Of a stretch of 64,000 bases of DNA, positions 46,591 to 56,520 are shown piece after piece; the stretch's first letter is position 1; the number at the start of each line of letters is the position of its first letter. A program made the translations under genes and the position numbers. Below the pieces are notes generated by a model, which saw only the letters and a program-made list of their open reading frames with translations, searched no databases and was not told the DNA's origin. Origin of the DNA: an uncultured Campylobacterales bacterium (GTDB taxonomy: Bacteria; Campylobacterota; Campylobacteria; Campylobacterales; Sulfurimonadaceae); the NCBI GenBank assembly GCA_903892995.1, contig CAITKP010000063.1, positions 68,719-132,718 of the forward strand, written 5' to 3'.

Positions 46591-48192
46591 GAATTTGTAT
46601 CTGAGGTATGCTCGGATATCTTGCGCAGATTTTACAGCACTTCCTGCAATATCCATCATTCCGCCATGTCCATCTGGAACCATCATGGTATTGGTAATTT
46701 TCATAGGTGTCCCCGTAGTATCGCCGAAAAATCCATTGCTACCCGTGTAATCATAATTTATATATGTATAACGAAGTTGAAAAGAGAGCACATTATCCAC
46801 TAAAGGCTCAGTAAAATAAGCTTCATACGCATTTCCGCGTGCTGCAAGTTTTGAACCGATGTTTGTGTCTTCACCATACGTCATACCTCTCCAATATTTT
46901 GAACCGTGGTTATACTCAACCCCCCATCTACCTTCACGACTGATAAGTGAAGGAAATTGTACTCCTATCCACTCAGAGTGACCAACTTTTGCATCTGGGC
47001 TACCAAGCATATTTTGCCCACCATTTGGATTTGTCTGAGAGACTGCACCGCTAATAAAGAAAGTTGTATTATCTAAAAACTCGCTCCACTCTTTGCCGAT
47101 ACCATTTATGACAAAGTTCGCAGTTGCACTGTAGAGACCACCGACAGTTTTAAACCCTTGTGTTGGATCAATTGAGCTATTGGCATCAATTAAGTTATTC
47201 GCATAGTAAAATTGACTTTGTAGTTTATATTGGCCATTATCATAAGGAACAAATATCAATCCTGCTAAATCAATGTCATTGACACTTGTTTTATCTTTTG
47301 CATATGGAGCCACAGCAAATCTAGGTTGAGCATTTGTCATTCCACGTCCTGCACAAAACTTTACATACATCCCCGGAATGCCAGTGACTTTTTCTAAGCC
47401 AAATTTTGAACTTAGACCATCAAACTCAACATTGATGGAGTGACCCATTGGTGAAGATTCAGGATCATCATCACGAAGATTGACTAAATGTCCGTTTGTC
47501 GATGGACGTCGTCCAAGGCTGAATGTCCAAGGAGTATTGAGTCCTAAAAATGTAGAGTTTTTATAAAAGAAATAACCAGAGCGCAATCTCAAAGTATCAT
47601 CATACGCATTGTCGCTTGTAACCCAGTCAAAGCTTTCATATTGGGCACCATTAGCAGCTCCACTTCTTGCACCATAGGCTTTGTTATATGCCAATTGCGC
47701 TGTAAAACTGATTTTATCTGTTGCTGCCCAGTCCATCCCAAGCCAAAGTCTATTTGTCATAAACGCATCATTTCCTGCAGTGGAACCATCAGCCATTTTA
47801 TAGCCCATATTTTCAACAGCCGTTCTAAAATCGACATTAAATTTTAAGTGATTTCCATTTGTTTTTTTATGTAATTCATCGATATCATCTTCTATATCTG
47901 TAATTCTCGATTTGATCGCTTTTAGCGGGTCTTTAGGAGCTTTTACTTTTGGTGTATCCTCTTCATCTTCTTCATCATCTTTTGAAGAAACAGTTTTTGT
48001 ACCAGTTTTTGCATCCTCATCATTTGCTAGAGTCGTTTTCTTGTCTGTTTTCGCTTTTAAATCAGCAAGTTCTGCTTTGAGGGCATTCATCTCTTTTTCC
48101 ATCGCATTGAAACGCTCATACATCGAAGATGCTGACGCATCGTTGACAAGCAGAGTCGCAGCATAAAGAGAAACTAGTAGTGTTTTTTTCAT
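46588..48192 (-). CDS. Outer-membrane beta-barrel protein with N-terminal coiled coil (DUF3373-like porin candidate)
   Basis: Signal peptide MKKTLLVSLYAATLL, coiled-coil MEKEMNALKAELADLKAK, an acidic linker, a long alternating beta pattern and a C-terminal ...YLRYKF. The family name is from memory only. Confidence 0.55.
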   Translation of the reverse strand: MKKTLLVSLYAATLLVNDASASSMYERFNAMEKEMNALKAELADLKAKTDKKTTLANDEDAKTGTKTVSSKDDEEDEEDTPKVKAPKDPLKAIKSRITDIEDDIDELHKKTNGNHLKFNVDFRTAVENMGYKMADGSTAGNDAFMTNRLWLGMDWAATDKISFTAQLAYNKAYGARSGAANGAQYESFDWVTSDNAYDDTLRLRSGYFFYKNSTFLGLNTPWTFSLGRRPSTNGHLVNLRDDDPESSPMGHSINVEFDGLSSKFGLEKVTGIPGMYVKFCAGRGMTNAQPRFAVAPYAKDKTSVNDIDLAGLIFVPYDNGQYKLQSQFYYANNLIDANSSIDPTQGFKTVGGLYSATANFVINGIGKEWSEFLDNTTFFISGAVSQTNPNGGQNMLGSPDAKVGHSEWIGVQFPSLISREGRWGVEYNHGSKYWRGMTYGEDTNIGSKLAARGNAYEAYFTEPLVDNVLSFQLRYTYINYDYTGSNGFFGDTTGTPMKITNTMMVPDGHGGMMDIAGSAVKSAQDIRAYLRYKF

Positions 48193-48527
48193 TCTCTGAT
48201 CCCTTTTATTACATTTTTGTCATATTTTCTTAAGCGTGCATAGTAACTAATATATTATAAAAAGTAATTTAAAATTATTGTTTATATAAGTTTATAGTTG
48301 TTATAAAATTGTTTATTTTAGTCCGTAATTTCAGATGTTAACAGCAATTTTTAAACTAAATTTTAGTAAAATTCCGCGATTTTCTTTTCTTTAAAACAAA
48401 AGAGAAACAAAGCAAGTATATGCCAAAACATCGGTGCGCATTTTCTGAAATAATAGAAAAAAAGTGTCTGGTAATACCCAAGAAAACCGATAAAATTTCT
48501 GGCTGAAAAGCCTTTAAAGGACCTATA

Positions 48528-49289
48528 ATGGTAACTATGAAAGACCTATTAGAATGTGGTGTACACTTCGGACACCAAACTCGTCGTTGGAATCCAAAGA
48601 TGAAAAAATATATCTTCGGTGTGCGTAAAAACATCCATATTATCGATTTACAAAAAACATTACGTTATTTCCGTAATACATACCAAATCGTTGTGGATAC
48701 TGCAGCTGAGGGGAAAACTGTTCTTTTCGTTGGAACAAAAAAACAAGCTCGTGCAACTGTAAAAGAAGCTGCGATCAAATGTGGTATGCCATACGTTGAA
48801 AACCGTTGGTTGGGTGGTATGCTTACAAACTTCGAAACGATCCAAAAATCAATTCGTAAACTTGAAGCTATCGAGCAGATGGAAGAAAATGGTCAAATGG
48901 GACTTTTAACTAAAAAAGAAGCATTGATGCTTTCTCGCCAAAAAGAGAAACTTTCTGATTATTTCGGTGGTATCCGTAATATGAAAAAACTTCCAGACAT
49001 GCTATTTGTTATGGATGCAGCAAAAGAGCACATCGCAGTTCTTGAAGCACGTTGTTTAAATATTCCAATCGTTGCTCCACTTGATACTAACTGTGATCCA
49101 GATCTTATCACTCACCCAATCCCAGGAAATGATGATGCGATCCGTTCAATTCAACTTTTCTGTAACGAAATGGCTGAAGCGATCAATGAAGGTAAAGCAC
49201 TTGCAAATGGCGGTTCAACTACTTCAGTAGAAGATGAGTTAGCAGCAACACAAGAAGTAGCAGAAGAAACTACAACAGAGGAAGCGTAA
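48528..49289 (+). CDS. rpsB: 30S ribosomal protein S2
   Basis: [25 protein letters not shown]..., 253 aa, acidic C-terminal tail. Confidence 0.95.
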   Translation: MVTMKDLLECGVHFGHQTRRWNPKMKKYIFGVRKNIHIIDLQKTLRYFRNTYQIVVDTAAEGKTVLFVGTKKQARATVKEAAIKCGMPYVENRWLGGMLTNFETIQKSIRKLEAIEQMEENGQMGLLTKKEALMLSRQKEKLSDYFGGIRNMKKLPDMLFVMDAAKEHIAVLEARCLNIPIVAPLDTNCDPDLITHPIPGNDDAIRSIQLFCNEMAEAINEGKALANGGSTTSVEDELAATQEVAEETTTEEA

Positions 49290-49291
49290 TC

Positions 49292-50359
49292 ATGGCAGAA
49301 ATCACAGCAGCAATGGTAAAAGAGTTGCGAACAGCAACTGATGCACCAATGATGGATTGTAAAAAAGCGTTAACAGAATCAGAAGGTGATATGGAAAAAG
49401 CGGTAGAAATTCTTCGTGACCGTGGTATCGCAAAATCAGCTAAAAAAGCTGATCGCGTTGCTGCTGAGGGTTCTATCGGTTTGAAAATAGCTGAAGATTT
49501 TTCTAAAGCGACTTTAGTTGAAGTTAACTCTGAAACGGACTTCGTTGCTAAAAATGATGGTTTCAAAGACTTAGTTGCAAAATCTGTAACTCAAGCATAT
49601 ACTCAAAATTGCGATAGCGTAGAAGCACTTCGTGAAACTGAGCTTGATGGTAAATCTTTTGCACTTGTTTTTGATGAGTCAGTTGCAAAAATCGGTGAAA
49701 AAATCGAAGTACGTCGTATGGCTACTTTGAGTGGTGATGCAAATACAGTTGTAAACGGTTATGTTCACTCAAATACTCGCATCGGCGTTATCGTTGCAAT
49801 CGAGTGTGATAGTGAAAAAACTGCAAAAGCACTTGTTGATATCGCTAAAAACGTTGCAATGCATGCATCTGCAATGAAACCTACAACACTTAGCTACAAA
49901 GATTTTGATGCAGCATATGTTGAGAGCGAAACTATTGGACGTATTGAAGCGATCAAAAATGAGAACGAAGAACTTGCACGTTTGAAAAAACCTTTGAAAA
50001 ACGTACCACAATTCATCTCTATGGCACAATTGACTCCAGAAGTTCTTGCTGAAGCTGAGGCAAATATCAAAGCTGAGTTAAAAGCTCAAGGGAAACCTGA
50101 GCAAATTTGGGACAAAATCGTTCCAGGACAATTAGCTCGTTTTATTGATGATAACTCAACTTTAGATAAAGAGCAAGCATTAGTCGATCAAAACTATGTA
50201 ATGAACGACAAACTCACAGTAGCACAAGCGGTTGAAGAAGCTGCAAAAGCTGCTGGTGGTAGTGCAAAAATCTCTGCATTCTTCCGCCTTGAAGTAGGTG
50301 AAGGTTTAGAGAAAAAAGTTGACGATTTCGCAGCAGAAGTTGCAGCACAAATGGCATAA
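49292..50359 (+). CDS. tsf: Translation elongation factor Ts
   Basis: [24 protein letters not shown] (UBA-like N-domain), 355 aa, directly after rpsB. Confidence 0.95.
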   Translation: MAEITAAMVKELRTATDAPMMDCKKALTESEGDMEKAVEILRDRGIAKSAKKADRVAAEGSIGLKIAEDFSKATLVEVNSETDFVAKNDGFKDLVAKSVTQAYTQNCDSVEALRETELDGKSFALVFDESVAKIGEKIEVRRMATLSGDANTVVNGYVHSNTRIGVIVAIECDSEKTAKALVDIAKNVAMHASAMKPTTLSYKDFDAAYVESETIGRIEAIKNENEELARLKKPLKNVPQFISMAQLTPEVLAEAEANIKAELKAQGKPEQIWDKIVPGQLARFIDDNSTLDKEQALVDQNYVMNDKLTVAQAVEEAAKAAGGSAKISAFFRLEVGEGLEKKVDDFAAEVAAQMA

Positions 50360-50383
50360 GGGTTTTCCCTTATCCATTTTTTT
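50356..50383 (+). terminator. Rho-independent terminator after tsf
   Basis: ATAAGGG-tttt-CCCTTAT is a 7-bp stem followed by ccaTTTTTTT. The stem includes the tsf stop codon. Confidence 0.7.
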
Positions 50384-50431
50384 AAATCTTTTACCCCTTT
50401 CTTTTAACTTCCATTTGCTATAATCTCATCC

Positions 50432-51076
50432 ATGAATTTACTTAACGCAACCGCAATATCGCACTCTTTTGATTATGAACTTTTTTCAAATATATCCTTA
50501 CATGTAAGCGCTGGAGATACTATCGCAATTACAGGCGTGAGTGGCAGCGGAAAATCCACTTTTTTACATATTCTTTCAACACTTCTTGTACCAAAAGCTG
50601 GAAATGTAGAGATACTAGGTAAAGATTTAAAAGGCTTGAGTGAAAAAGAGCTTGTGCATTTAAGAAGTCATGAGCTTGGGATCATTTTTCAATCGCACTA
50701 TCTATTTCGTGGATTTAGTGCGATGGAGAACTTAGAAGTTGCTTCGATGTTGAGTCATGAAAAGATTGATGAAGCACTTTTACAAAGACTTGGAATTGCA
50801 CAGGTTATGCATCAAAAGGTAAGTGAACTCTCAGGCGGACAGCAACAAAGAGTTTCTATTGCGAGGGTTTTAACAAAGATTCCTCGCATTATTTTTGCAG
50901 ATGAGCCAACTGGAAATCTTGATAATAAAACAGCTTCAGAAGTGATGAACATCTTTAATGAATACATCGCTCAAAATAAAGCAGCACTTGTTCTTGTAAC
51001 CCATGATGAGAGCCTTGCACATAGATGTGATAAGATTTATCACTTAGAGAACAAAGAGCTCATTCAGGTTAAGTAA
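50432..51076 (+). CDS. ABC transporter ATP-binding protein (LolD/FtsE-like)
   Basis: Walker A GVSGSGKST, signature LSGGQQQRV and Walker B IIFADEPT. 214 aa. Confidence 0.85.
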   Translation: MNLLNATAISHSFDYELFSNISLHVSAGDTIAITGVSGSGKSTFLHILSTLLVPKAGNVEILGKDLKGLSEKELVHLRSHELGIIFQSHYLFRGFSAMENLEVASMLSHEKIDEALLQRLGIAQVMHQKVSELSGGQQQRVSIARVLTKIPRIIFADEPTGNLDNKTASEVMNIFNEYIAQNKAALVLVTHDESLAHRCDKIYHLENKELIQVK

Positions 51077-51840
51077 TGAACTATGCCACAATATTTACCG
51101 ATACAAATGTTGTTGGTTTTTTACTTCTATTTTTTCGTTTTGGCTCACTTTTTATAGCGGTTCCTATCTTTTCCCATCAATCAATCCCAATGGTGATAAA
51201 AAGTGCTATGGCATTTTTGCTTACGATTGTTTTTTACTCCTCTATGCCACCTCTCGTTTTTGAAATTAATCTTATCAATCTAATTATCGCAGCGTTAAGC
51301 GAGATCCTCTTTGGCTTAGTTATCGGCGTTATCTTACAGCTTGCATTTCATGTCATAACATTTGGCGCGAGTATGATCACATTTGCAATGGGTTTTTCAA
51401 TGGCAAGTGCAATCGATCCGCAATCAGGCGTTTCAATGCCCATTATTGAGCAGTTTTTATCGCTTATGGCGCTTATGGTTCTCTTCTCTTTAAACCTTCA
51501 TCATTGGATGCTACTTTTTATTGACAGCTCTTTGAGTCATATTCCTTTAGGCGGTTTTGTGATGACAAAATCTCTTGTAACCTATATGATCCAAGCCTCA
51601 GCAAATCTTTTTGTTATTGGTTTTACTATCGCTTTTCCTATTATCGCACTCTCTTGGCTGGCAGATATTATATTTGGGATGCTAATGAAAACAATGCCTC
51701 AATTTAATCTTTTAGTTATTGGATTTCCGATAAAAATAATGATCTCTTTTGCTGTTTTAATAGCTATTTTGGCTTCTTCGATGCTGATATTACAAGGACA
51801 GATGCAAGAAGCATTTAACTGGCTTGAAAAGCTTTTTTAA
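51076..51840 (+). CDS. fliR: Flagellar type III export apparatus protein FliR
   Basis: 254 aa polytopic protein. The FLLLFFRFGSLFIAVPIF start is typical of FliR. The position after the ABC gene matches C. jejuni Cj1180c-Cj1179c. Confidence 0.8.
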   Translation: MNYATIFTDTNVVGFLLLFFRFGSLFIAVPIFSHQSIPMVIKSAMAFLLTIVFYSSMPPLVFEINLINLIIAALSEILFGLVIGVILQLAFHVITFGASMITFAMGFSMASAIDPQSGVSMPIIEQFLSLMALMVLFSLNLHHWMLLFIDSSLSHIPLGGFVMTKSLVTYMIQASANLFVIGFTIAFPIIALSWLADIIFGMLMKTMPQFNLLVIGFPIKIMISFAVLIAILASSMLILQGQMQEAFNWLEKLF

Positions 51841-51896
51841 CTTTTTTCTGATACAATAAGTCAAATTCTATTCAACCATCCAAGGACACTGCAACT

Positions 51897-53174
51897 ATGA
51901 ATATTTTACTCTTAAATGATAATCCAGTCGTCACAAAGCTTGTTACCTTAAGTGCGCAAAAAACTGGCAATGAGATTTTAATCGCGAGCAATATAGAAGA
52001 GATTCCAGAGGGCTCATACGATCTACTAATTGTTGATGAAGCCTTATATACACCAGTATTATTTGATGAATTGGAATCAAAAATATCATTTAAACGCTCT
52101 TTATATATGCTCTCTCGTGGCGTGGCAAGTGTTGATGGATTTGATAACGAAGTAAAAAAACCTTTTTTACCGACAGACCTTGTAGAACTCTTAAGTGCAA
52201 TCGCCATAAGTGTTGCAAATGTGACAGAGAAGCAAAGAGAGCCAGAAATCGATTTAGATAATCTCGATCTTGAAGATGATTTAGACCTTGATGAAACACT
52301 TAGCGCTACAGCTAAAGAGGGTGATTTAGACTTAGATGACTTAGGTGATCTGGATTTTGATCTTGATAGTTTTGATCTTAATGATTTAGATTTGGATACA
52401 GAAGGTAGTGAAAGTGATGAAACAGCTTCTGTTTTAGACCAAGATGATGTTGATGAGGTAAAAAATCTTTTAGATGAGACAGATGATGATGAGCTGAAGT
52501 TGGATGAACTCGATGATGATTTTAGTTTTGATGATTTAGATCTTGAAGATGAGCATGTAGAGACAAAAGAGGAACCTAAAATAGAGCTCTTAGAAGAAGA
52601 AAAGCTTGAAGATGAGCTAGAAGATGATTTTAATTTTGATGATCTTGACCTTGAAGAAGAGCTTCTTGAGGAAGTGGCTGCTGAAGAAGAACCTACGATA
52701 GACCAAGTCGATGAACCTTCTAGCATCGAAGAGGACACGCTTTTAGATGAACTCAATGATGAAGATTTCTCATTAGATGAACTTGAAGATAAGATTGAAG
52801 AGGCAGTTGGAGCTCTAAGTAGTGAAGATTTAGAACAGGAAATTGATCTAGATCTAGAAGACCTTAGCGAGCTTTCTAGCTTGGATGAAAAATCTTTAAA
52901 AATAGCACTTGGTGAAGAAGTGGAAGAAGAATCAGATGAAATAACATCTGATGATGAAGAGTTTAAAGATGAGATCATAGATGAACTTGATGATGCAGTT
53001 GTAGTTCAAGAGAGTTCAAGTGTGCCAAATATAGAAGTTAAAGATGAAAAAACAGATGGGATTGAAGCACTTAAAACTCTTTTAAAAGCACTCAATAATG
53101 AGGATGTTGTTGCATCGTTAAAAGGCATGAATGTCAGTATAAATATCTCTTTTGGAAGCAATAGTGAGAAGTAG
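51897..53174 (+). CDS. Highly acidic protein with receiver-like N-terminal domain and Asp/Glu/Leu repeat body
   Basis: 425 aa. The N-terminal ~120 aa have a CheY-like pattern (MNILLLNDNP...DLLIVDE...KKPF). The rest is about half D/E with repeated DDFxFDDLDLE[DE]E units. It occupies the same position as the C. jejuni 'highly acidic protein' Cj1178c. Confidence 0.65.
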   Translation: MNILLLNDNPVVTKLVTLSAQKTGNEILIASNIEEIPEGSYDLLIVDEALYTPVLFDELESKISFKRSLYMLSRGVASVDGFDNEVKKPFLPTDLVELLSAIAISVANVTEKQREPEIDLDNLDLEDDLDLDETLSATAKEGDLDLDDLGDLDFDLDSFDLNDLDLDTEGSESDETASVLDQDDVDEVKNLLDETDDDELKLDELDDDFSFDDLDLEDEHVETKEEPKIELLEEEKLEDELEDDFNFDDLDLEEELLEEVAAEEEPTIDQVDEPSSIEEDTLLDELNDEDFSLDELEDKIEEAVGALSSEDLEQEIDLDLEDLSELSSLDEKSLKIALGEEVEEESDEITSDDEEFKDEIIDELDDAVVVQESSSVPNIEVKDEKTDGIEALKTLLKALNNEDVVASLKGMNVSINISFGSNSEK

Positions 53175-53778
53175 CGGTGCAATTTTAGTTCTCTCAGGTC
53201 CAAGTGGAGCTGGAAAAAGTTCTTTGATTAAAAAAGTCTCTGAGGTTATAGGGGCTCATTACTTTTCAATTTCAACGACAACAAGAGCGATGAGAGAGGG
53301 TGAGACTGATGGAGTCGATTATCACTTTGTTGATATGGAAGAGTTTAAAAAAGATATAGAGACTGAGCAGTTTTTAGAGTATGCATTGGTACATGGAAAT
53401 TACTATGGAACCTCAGTAAAGCCTGTAAATGAAGCATTAAAAGAGGGTAAACTTGTTGTCTTTGATATTGATGTGCAGGGTAATATGTCTGTAAAAAATA
53501 GATTTGGAGACATTGCAACATCTGTCTTTATTACGACTCCAACTTTAAAAGAGTTAGAGAGAAGATTAAGGTTTCGTGGTACTGATAGTGAAGAGATAAT
53601 TGAAAACCGCATACAAATGGCAAAAAGAGAGATACAACGTATCTCTGAGTATGAATTTTTCATAGTAAATGATGATCTTGAAAAGGCTGCAAAGCATCTT
53701 ATCACAATAGCTAAAGCGGCTAGATTGAAGATTCCAACTTCACAGATTAATAAGTTTATAATTGATTGGGAAAACTAA
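53164..53778 (+). CDS. gmk: Guanylate kinase
   Basis: LVLSGPSGAGKSS P-loop, STTTRAMREGE and DGVDYHFV. The start is ambiguous (TTG 53152 or GTG 53164); GTG has GGAAG 6 nt upstream. Confidence 0.9.
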   Translation: MRSSGAILVLSGPSGAGKSSLIKKVSEVIGAHYFSISTTTRAMREGETDGVDYHFVDMEEFKKDIETEQFLEYALVHGNYYGTSVKPVNEALKEGKLVVFDIDVQGNMSVKNRFGDIATSVFITTPTLKELERRLRFRGTDSEEIIENRIQMAKREIQRISEYEFFIVNDDLEKAAKHLITIAKAARLKIPTSQINKFIIDWEN

Positions 53779-53852
53779 GGGCATCTACAGCAAAGCGTAG
53801 ATATACTTTTGCAAATTTTTACGGCATAGATGCTGTTTATTAAAGGAAATTT

Positions 53853-54089
53853 ATGGGAAGTTTTAGCATCAGTCATTGGTTAATCGTTCTTGCAATAGTA
53901 GTTTTATTATTTGGGGCGAAAAAAATCCCAGAATTGGCAAAAGGTTTGGGACAAGGTATAAAAAACTTTAAAGATGAGATGAAAGAGGGTTCTGAAAATG
54001 CAACGCATGCAGAAGAAACAAAACACTCAGAAATCGACAGTAAAGTTGCATCAACTCAACAGCACTCTACTACAACAAAACAAGCGTAA
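53853..54089 (+). CDS. tatA: Twin-arginine translocase subunit TatA/E
   Basis: [40 protein letters not shown] is the canonical TatA TM plus amphipathic helix. Confidence 0.9.
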   Translation: MGSFSISHWLIVLAIVVLLFGAKKIPELAKGLGQGIKNFKDEMKEGSENATHAEETKHSEIDSKVASTQQHSTTTKQA

Positions 54090-54092
54090 CTC

Positions 54093-55694
54093 TTGAAGCA
54101 ACGTGTAGGATCGCTTTTACGCGAAAGATTTGATCGAGACGTTGTTTTAGAAAAGCCCAAGGATAGAAGTTTTGGGCATTTTTCTACTCCTATAGCATTC
54201 TCTTTAGCAAAAGAACTACGTAAATCTCCAATGCTCATCGCACAAGAACTTAGTGCATCATTTGGTGAGGCTGATATGTTTAGTGCGGTTGAATCCGTAC
54301 AAGGATATATCAATTTTCGTTTGAGCGAAACTTTTTTAGATGAGTATGCTTCTTGGATACTTACAAATCCTGATCAATTTGGAAAAGATGAGAAGGTTCA
54401 AAAGATACTTTTAGAGTTTGTTAGTGCAAATCCTACGGGCCCCCTTCATATAGGTCATGCGAGGGGTGCTGTGTATGGAGATACACTTTTACGCCTCGGC
54501 CGACATTTGGGTTATGATATTACTGCTGAGTATTACGTCAATGATGCAGGTAATCAGATTGATCTTCTTGGTCTCTCTATTCAGTTAGAAGGACAAGCAA
54601 CGATCTTAAATCAAGAAGTAGAGTGGCCTGAGAGTTTTTATCGTGGTGAGTATATGACGGATCTGACAACAAAAGCTGTTGCACATTTTGGTGTCGAGAT
54701 ACTTACTGATGTGACTCGTCAAAGAGAGCTTGCATTGTGGGCAAAAGAGAGTGTTATGGAGTTGATAGTCCAAACACTTGGTGCTACAAATATTCATTTT
54801 GATACTTTTGTAAATGAGTCTTCACTGTATGCCCAGTGGGACAGAGTAATGTCGAAAATGGGCGAGGGTGTTTATCAAAAAGATGAAAAAATCTTTATAG
54901 CATCTTCACAAAAAGGGGATGATTCAGATAGAGTTGTTGTGCGTGAAGATGGTCGCCCAACATACTTAGCTGGAGATATTATCTACCATAATCAAAAGTT
55001 TGAAAGAGCCTATGATCATTACATAAATATCTGGGGTGCTGATCATCATGGGTATATTCCTCGTGTAAAAGCTGCTGTTGATTTTCTTGGATATGATAGC
55101 TCAAAACTTGAAGTTCAACTTTCTCAGATGGTTTCTCTTTTAAAAGACGGTGAACCATATAAAATGAGTAAACGCGCAGGAAATGTCATCTTAATGAGTG
55201 ATATTGTTGAAGAGATTGGTTCTGATGCACTTCGTTTTATTTTTGCTTCTAAAAAGAGCGATACAGCTTTAGAATTTGATGTTGAAGAGTTTAAAAAACA
55301 GGATAGTTCAAATCCTATCTATTATATTCAATACGCTCATGCTCGAATAAGAACGCTCGTTGCAAAAAGTGAACTCTCAACACAAGAGATACAAAAATCT
55401 GCATTAAAAGGCTTGAGTGCTGATGCTGATTCTTTACTTTTTGAAGCACTTTTATTGCCTGAGATTATTGAAGATGCATTTCACTCAAGACAAGTTCAAA
55501 AGTTGACTGATTATTTGAAATCTCTTGCTGCAAAACTTCATAAGTTTTATTATGATTGTAGAATAATTGGAAGTGAAGATGAAGCAAAACTGCTAAAAAT
55601 CTTAGAGGTCGTTGCTCTTTCATTAAAAACTGGTATGAACCTTCTTGGAATAGAAGCAAAAGATCGCATGGTACGTGAAGAGGAAGAGGCTTAA
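54093..55694 (+). CDS. argS: Arginine--tRNA ligase
   Basis: FVSANPTGPLHIGHARG (HIGH) and MSKRAGN (KMSK-like). 533 aa with a TTG start. Confidence 0.9.
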   Translation: MKQRVGSLLRERFDRDVVLEKPKDRSFGHFSTPIAFSLAKELRKSPMLIAQELSASFGEADMFSAVESVQGYINFRLSETFLDEYASWILTNPDQFGKDEKVQKILLEFVSANPTGPLHIGHARGAVYGDTLLRLGRHLGYDITAEYYVNDAGNQIDLLGLSIQLEGQATILNQEVEWPESFYRGEYMTDLTTKAVAHFGVEILTDVTRQRELALWAKESVMELIVQTLGATNIHFDTFVNESSLYAQWDRVMSKMGEGVYQKDEKIFIASSQKGDDSDRVVVREDGRPTYLAGDIIYHNQKFERAYDHYINIWGADHHGYIPRVKAAVDFLGYDSSKLEVQLSQMVSLLKDGEPYKMSKRAGNVILMSDIVEEIGSDALRFIFASKKSDTALEFDVEEFKKQDSSNPIYYIQYAHARIRTLVAKSELSTQEIQKSALKGLSADADSLLFEALLLPEIIEDAFHSRQVQKLTDYLKSLAAKLHKFYYDCRIIGSEDEAKLLKILEVVALSLKTGMNLLGIEAKDRMVREEEEA

Positions 55695-55700
55695 AAACCT

Positions 55701-56450
55701 CTATCCCAAGAGTTGAGAAACTCGTGCTGCATTCACACTGTTTAAGTGTACTTGTGAAAGCAGTGATGCGTTTAGCATAAGATTTTGCTTTGAAAAATTG
55801 TTTATCTCATTTGCTATATCTGCATCACTCATCTGAGATTTTGCAGAGTTTAGTGAGCCTATTTGTGAGAGAATCGAGTTAGTTGAGCTTCCAAGAGCCT
55901 TTGTTGTTGAACCTATTGTACTTTGAACATCTTGAAGAGATTTCATAAATTCACTAATCGATTTTTGTGAAGAGATATCTATAGAGCTGACATCGAGCTT
56001 ACCAATATCTGCTGTAATCTTACTATTTCCTAAAGAAAACTCCATATTGTTTCCAAATATATTTTCTCCGTTGAATTGAGCGTTATTGATGCTATTTTGC
56101 ATACTTGATTTAATGGCATCTGCTTGCGATGCAAGAGAAGCTTTGTCACTTGAAGAAAGTGCTGCATTGTTTGATGCAACGGCTAAGGTATTTAAATCGT
56201 TTGCACTGCTTGAGAGCGATTGAGTGACACTATCAGCGATCTGCATAATAGATGTAGCATTTGTTGCATTTTGTAAGCCTTGCGAGAGTGTGCCAATATC
56301 ATTTCCGATTGAGCTTGCAATAAGAGCCAAAGTCGCATCATCAAGCTGTTCATTTTTTCCTGTTGCTATCTTACCAAGAGATGCTTCCATACTTTTTTTA
56401 TGATCGTTGATATAAGAGAGTGTATTACTGCTAGAACCATTTACTTGCAT
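55701..56450 (-). CDS. flaC: Flagellin-like secreted protein FlaC
   Basis: 249 aa with flagellin N- and C-terminal helical segments (…ATSIMQIADS…, C-terminal …NSVNAARVSQLLG) and no central domain. The length and architecture match C. jejuni FlaC. Confidence 0.65.
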   Translation of the reverse strand: MQVNGSSSNTLSYINDHKKSMEASLGKIATGKNEQLDDATLALIASSIGNDIGTLSQGLQNATNATSIMQIADSVTQSLSSSANDLNTLAVASNNAALSSSDKASLASQADAIKSSMQNSINNAQFNGENIFGNNMEFSLGNSKITADIGKLDVSSIDISSQKSISEFMKSLQDVQSTIGSTTKALGSSTNSILSQIGSLNSAKSQMSDADIANEINNFSKQNLMLNASLLSQVHLNSVNAARVSQLLG

Positions 56451-56520
56451 GTTAAACTCCTTTGTTTTAAATATGATAACTCTCTAAACCTAAAAGAACC
56501 TTTATTGTCCGATATTACTT

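Noticed and set aside
46582-46803. 73-aa plus-strand ORF starting in the bcp terminator.
   Set aside because: It is antisense to the C-terminal beta-strands of the outer-membrane protein gene and starts inside the terminator hairpin.
48193-48527. Possible structured rpsB leader or sRNA in the 335-bp porin-rpsB spacer.
   Set aside because: I could not find a convincing stem-loop or conserved element by eye. The region is very A/T-rich and most simply holds two divergent promoters.
48356-48634. 92-aa minus-strand ORF spanning the rpsB start and upstream spacer.
   Set aside because: It overlaps the rpsB start codon region, has no RBS and gives an implausible peptide. The spacer is better explained as the divergent promoter region for rpsB and the outer-membrane protein gene.
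51872-52978. 368-aa Ser-rich ORF on the minus strand (SSSSxSSS...).
   Set aside because: It is the antisense shadow of the GAT/GAA/CTT-rich acidic-protein gene. It is pure low complexity with no RBS or independent signal, while the plus-strand gene fits conserved Campylobacter synteny.
53779-53852. Short hairpin ATCTAC-N8-GTAGAT after gmk as a terminator.
   Set aside because: The stem is only 6 bp with no convincing T-run, and tatA probably continues the operon. I left it unannotated.
56487-56513. Sigma-28-like TAAA-N15-CGAT match (cTAAAagaacctttattgtcCGATat) near flaC.
   Set aside because: It lies on the plus strand, pointing away from flaC and antisense into the L,D-transpeptidase gene, so it cannot be the flaC promoter. 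It is probably a chance match in A/T-rich DNA.
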